Shown in pieces: positions 62,294-64,000 of a stretch of DNA of 64,000 bases. A model generated the notes under the pieces. The model made no database searches and was not told where the DNA came from. It saw only the letters and a program-made list of their open reading frames with translations. Where the stretch lies: the NCBI GenBank assembly GCA_965249485.1, contig OZ252239.1, positions 2,816,001 through 2,880,000 on the forward strand, written 5' to 3'. The DNA is from a bacterium. Its GTDB lineage: Bacteria; SM23-31. Made by a program: the position numbers and the translations under genes. Positions within the stretch are counted from its first letter, which is position 1. Every line of letters begins with the position of its first letter.

Positions 62294-62893
62294 TTATATT
62301 GAACAAAAGTTCTTTAAAAGTGAGAGCCCCGTTTGTTGACTTTTTTCCGGATGAAACTGAGCACCATAAATTGAACCTACTCCAACAACCGATACGAACG
62401 TTGTGTTGTACTCGGTTTTTGCAATAATACACTCATCATTATCCGGAACACAATGGTAACTATGAACAAAAAATGCATATTTTCCGTTATCAATATCTTT
62501 ATTAAAAGGTGTTTCGCGGGTAAATTCCAGGCTATTCCAACCCATATGGGGTATTTTCATGTCGCCAGTAAACCGTATAACTTTTCCCGGGACTAACCCC
62601 AAACCCTGACTGATTCCATCTTCTTCACTTTCTGTGAACATAAGCTGCATTCCAAGACAAATTCCAAGGAACGGAATACCTTCCTGAGCTTTTTTGACCA
62701 ATGCATCGGCAAGTCCCAAATCATTCAATTCCTTCATTGCCGGTGCAAAAGCACCGACTCCCGGAAGAATGATTTTTTCTGCTTTATAAACACTATCCGG
62801 GTCCGACACAACAGTTGAATCAATACCGAGATAATTGAGGGCATTGGTAACATTCGCAAGATTCCCCGCACCGTAATCAATAATCGTAATCAT
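62294..62893 (-). CDS. hisH: Imidazole glycerol phosphate synthase glutaminase subunit
   Basis: IDYGAGN, GICLGMQ and QFHPEKS; ATGA overlap with hisB. Confidence 0.96.
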   Translation of the reverse strand: MITIIDYGAGNLANVTNALNYLGIDSTVVSDPDSVYKAEKIILPGVGAFAPAMKELNDLGLADALVKKAQEGIPFLGICLGMQLMFTESEEDGISQGLGLVPGKVIRFTGDMKIPHMGWNSLEFTRETPFNKDIDNGKYAFFVHSYHCVPDNDECIIAKTEYNTTFVSVVGVGSIYGAQFHPEKSQQTGLSLLKNFCSI

Positions 62894-63468
62894 AAAATAC
62901 CTTTCGTTGACGGTACACCGTCCTGTATCTCCGTGCATGCTTCAGCAAGAGCCCTACCCCACGATTTGAATATTGATTCTATCTTGTGATGGGTGTTTTC
63001 GCCAAAAAGATTTACAATATGGAGATTAATCTTACTCTCCTGGACAAATGCTTTAAAAAATTCCTTAACTGTTTCGGTTTCGAGATCACCGAGCCGCTCA
63101 TGTGCATACGAACAGATATAGACCAAATACGGCCGGCCGGATATATCGACAACCGTTCTGCTCAAACTTTCATCCATCGGAACAAAGCTGAAAGCAAACC
63201 GTGTGATTTTCGGTTCCGGTCCAAGTGCTTTTCTGAGTGCCTGTCCGAGCGTTAGTCCGACATCCTCCATTGTGTGATGACTGTCAACATGCAGATCACC
63301 TCTACAGGTCACATCAAGATCAAACCCACCATGAAAAGTAAAGAGTGTCAACATGTGATCCAAAAAGCCTATACCGGTATCAATGGTACTCTGTTTCGAA
63401 CCATCGAGATTGAACGTAACCGATATGTCGGTCTCACCGGTTTTTCTCTGCAACGACGCTTTTCGCAT
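62890..63468 (-). CDS. hisB: Imidazoleglycerol-phosphate dehydratase (monofunctional)
   Basis: Motifs R.TGET, DSHHTMED, PMDE and NTHHKIE. Confidence 0.96.
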   Translation of the reverse strand: MRKASLQRKTGETDISVTFNLDGSKQSTIDTGIGFLDHMLTLFTFHGGFDLDVTCRGDLHVDSHHTMEDVGLTLGQALRKALGPEPKITRFAFSFVPMDESLSRTVVDISGRPYLVYICSYAHERLGDLETETVKEFFKAFVQESKINLHIVNLFGENTHHKIESIFKSWGRALAEACTEIQDGVPSTKGIL

Positions 63469-63499
63469 ATTTACTCCGTAATTATTCGTGGACGTCCGA

Positions 63500-64000
63500 T
63501 CAAAAATTCTCATTGTTTAGTTCAATAAAGCCAAGTAAGTCATTTACAGAAGAAGCTGTGAATTGTTGTGCTTCTTCAGGAAAATTCCTGCCTGATTCCG
63601 CAACCAATCCAAACCTCAAATCGCCCGGTTCACCGGACTTGTCGAAATTTACAACTGTAAGATAATCATCGATTGAATCACCGATAAACAATGCACATTT
63701 ACTTTGTGCATTGTGGATAATTTGGATCATTTTAGCAGGATCGGGTTTATCTGGAAACATTAAATCTGTAAAGCGGACGAGGTTTCTATCGATTTTATCA
63801 AATTTAAGCATCTTTAGGGCAAATTCAGTCTCATGCATCATTCTGCCGGTTAAAACACCAATTTTACCACTCCATTTGTTTAAAAGCTCTCTGTCTAACA
63901 GCACAGTTTCCGATTCAACACTGCCAACACCGGAATAAAACTCCGGTCGAAATCCATACAGCGACTCACAGTTATCATCGCCGCTGTATATTTCCTGAAA
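63500..64000 (-). CDS. HAD-superfamily hydrolase (TIGR01548-like), 5' end outside the window
   Basis: Frame open to base 64000 (FQEIYSG...LYGF.P); LTGR, KPDP and FIGDSIDD. Confidence 0.75.
   Translation of the reverse strand, partial: FQEIYSGDDNCESLYGFRPEFYSGVGSVESETVLLDRELLNKWSGKIGVLTGRMMHETEFALKMLKFDKIDRNLVRFTDLMFPDKPDPAKMIQIIHNAQSKCALFIGDSIDDYLTVVNFDKSGEPGDLRFGLVAESGRNFPEEAQQFTASSVNDLLGFIELNNENF

Noticed and set aside
1..64000. CRISPR arrays, transposases, integrases, rRNA or defence systems
   Set aside because: No regularly spaced repeats or diagnostic motifs were seen by eye.

Overview
A 64-kb, moderately AT-rich bacterial chromosomal segment with genes almost all on the minus strand. 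Gene content and synteny (receiver-less sigma54 activator-lptE-TPR, bshA, split rfaE1/rfaE2, S41 peptidase) suggest an FCB-group organism; this is an inference. Core blocks are pyrR-pyrB-pyrC, tRNA-Val(CAC), rodZ-maf, tsaD, purD, uvrB, rfaE1/E2, bshA, a Tat-exported PaoABC-like molybdoenzyme, glcDEF, a ccm cluster with Cys-type CcmE (System I*), rtcB and hisBHAFI. The main oddities are: a ~5.9-kb islet at the tRNA-Val 3' end with peptidase/transporter cargo and gene remnants; a CDS whose stop codon lies inside the tRNA; a minimal cheW-MCP-cheA module whose cheA carries two compensating frameshifts; a 32-bp perfect inverted repeat; a CBM9/DUF5916-like relic; PyrR, YchF and M20 homologs with altered key residues; and two strongly charged low-complexity proteins. 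I saw no CRISPR array, integrase, transposase or rRNA, and nothing that clearly establishes a new system. All annotations come from motif recognition without database searches.
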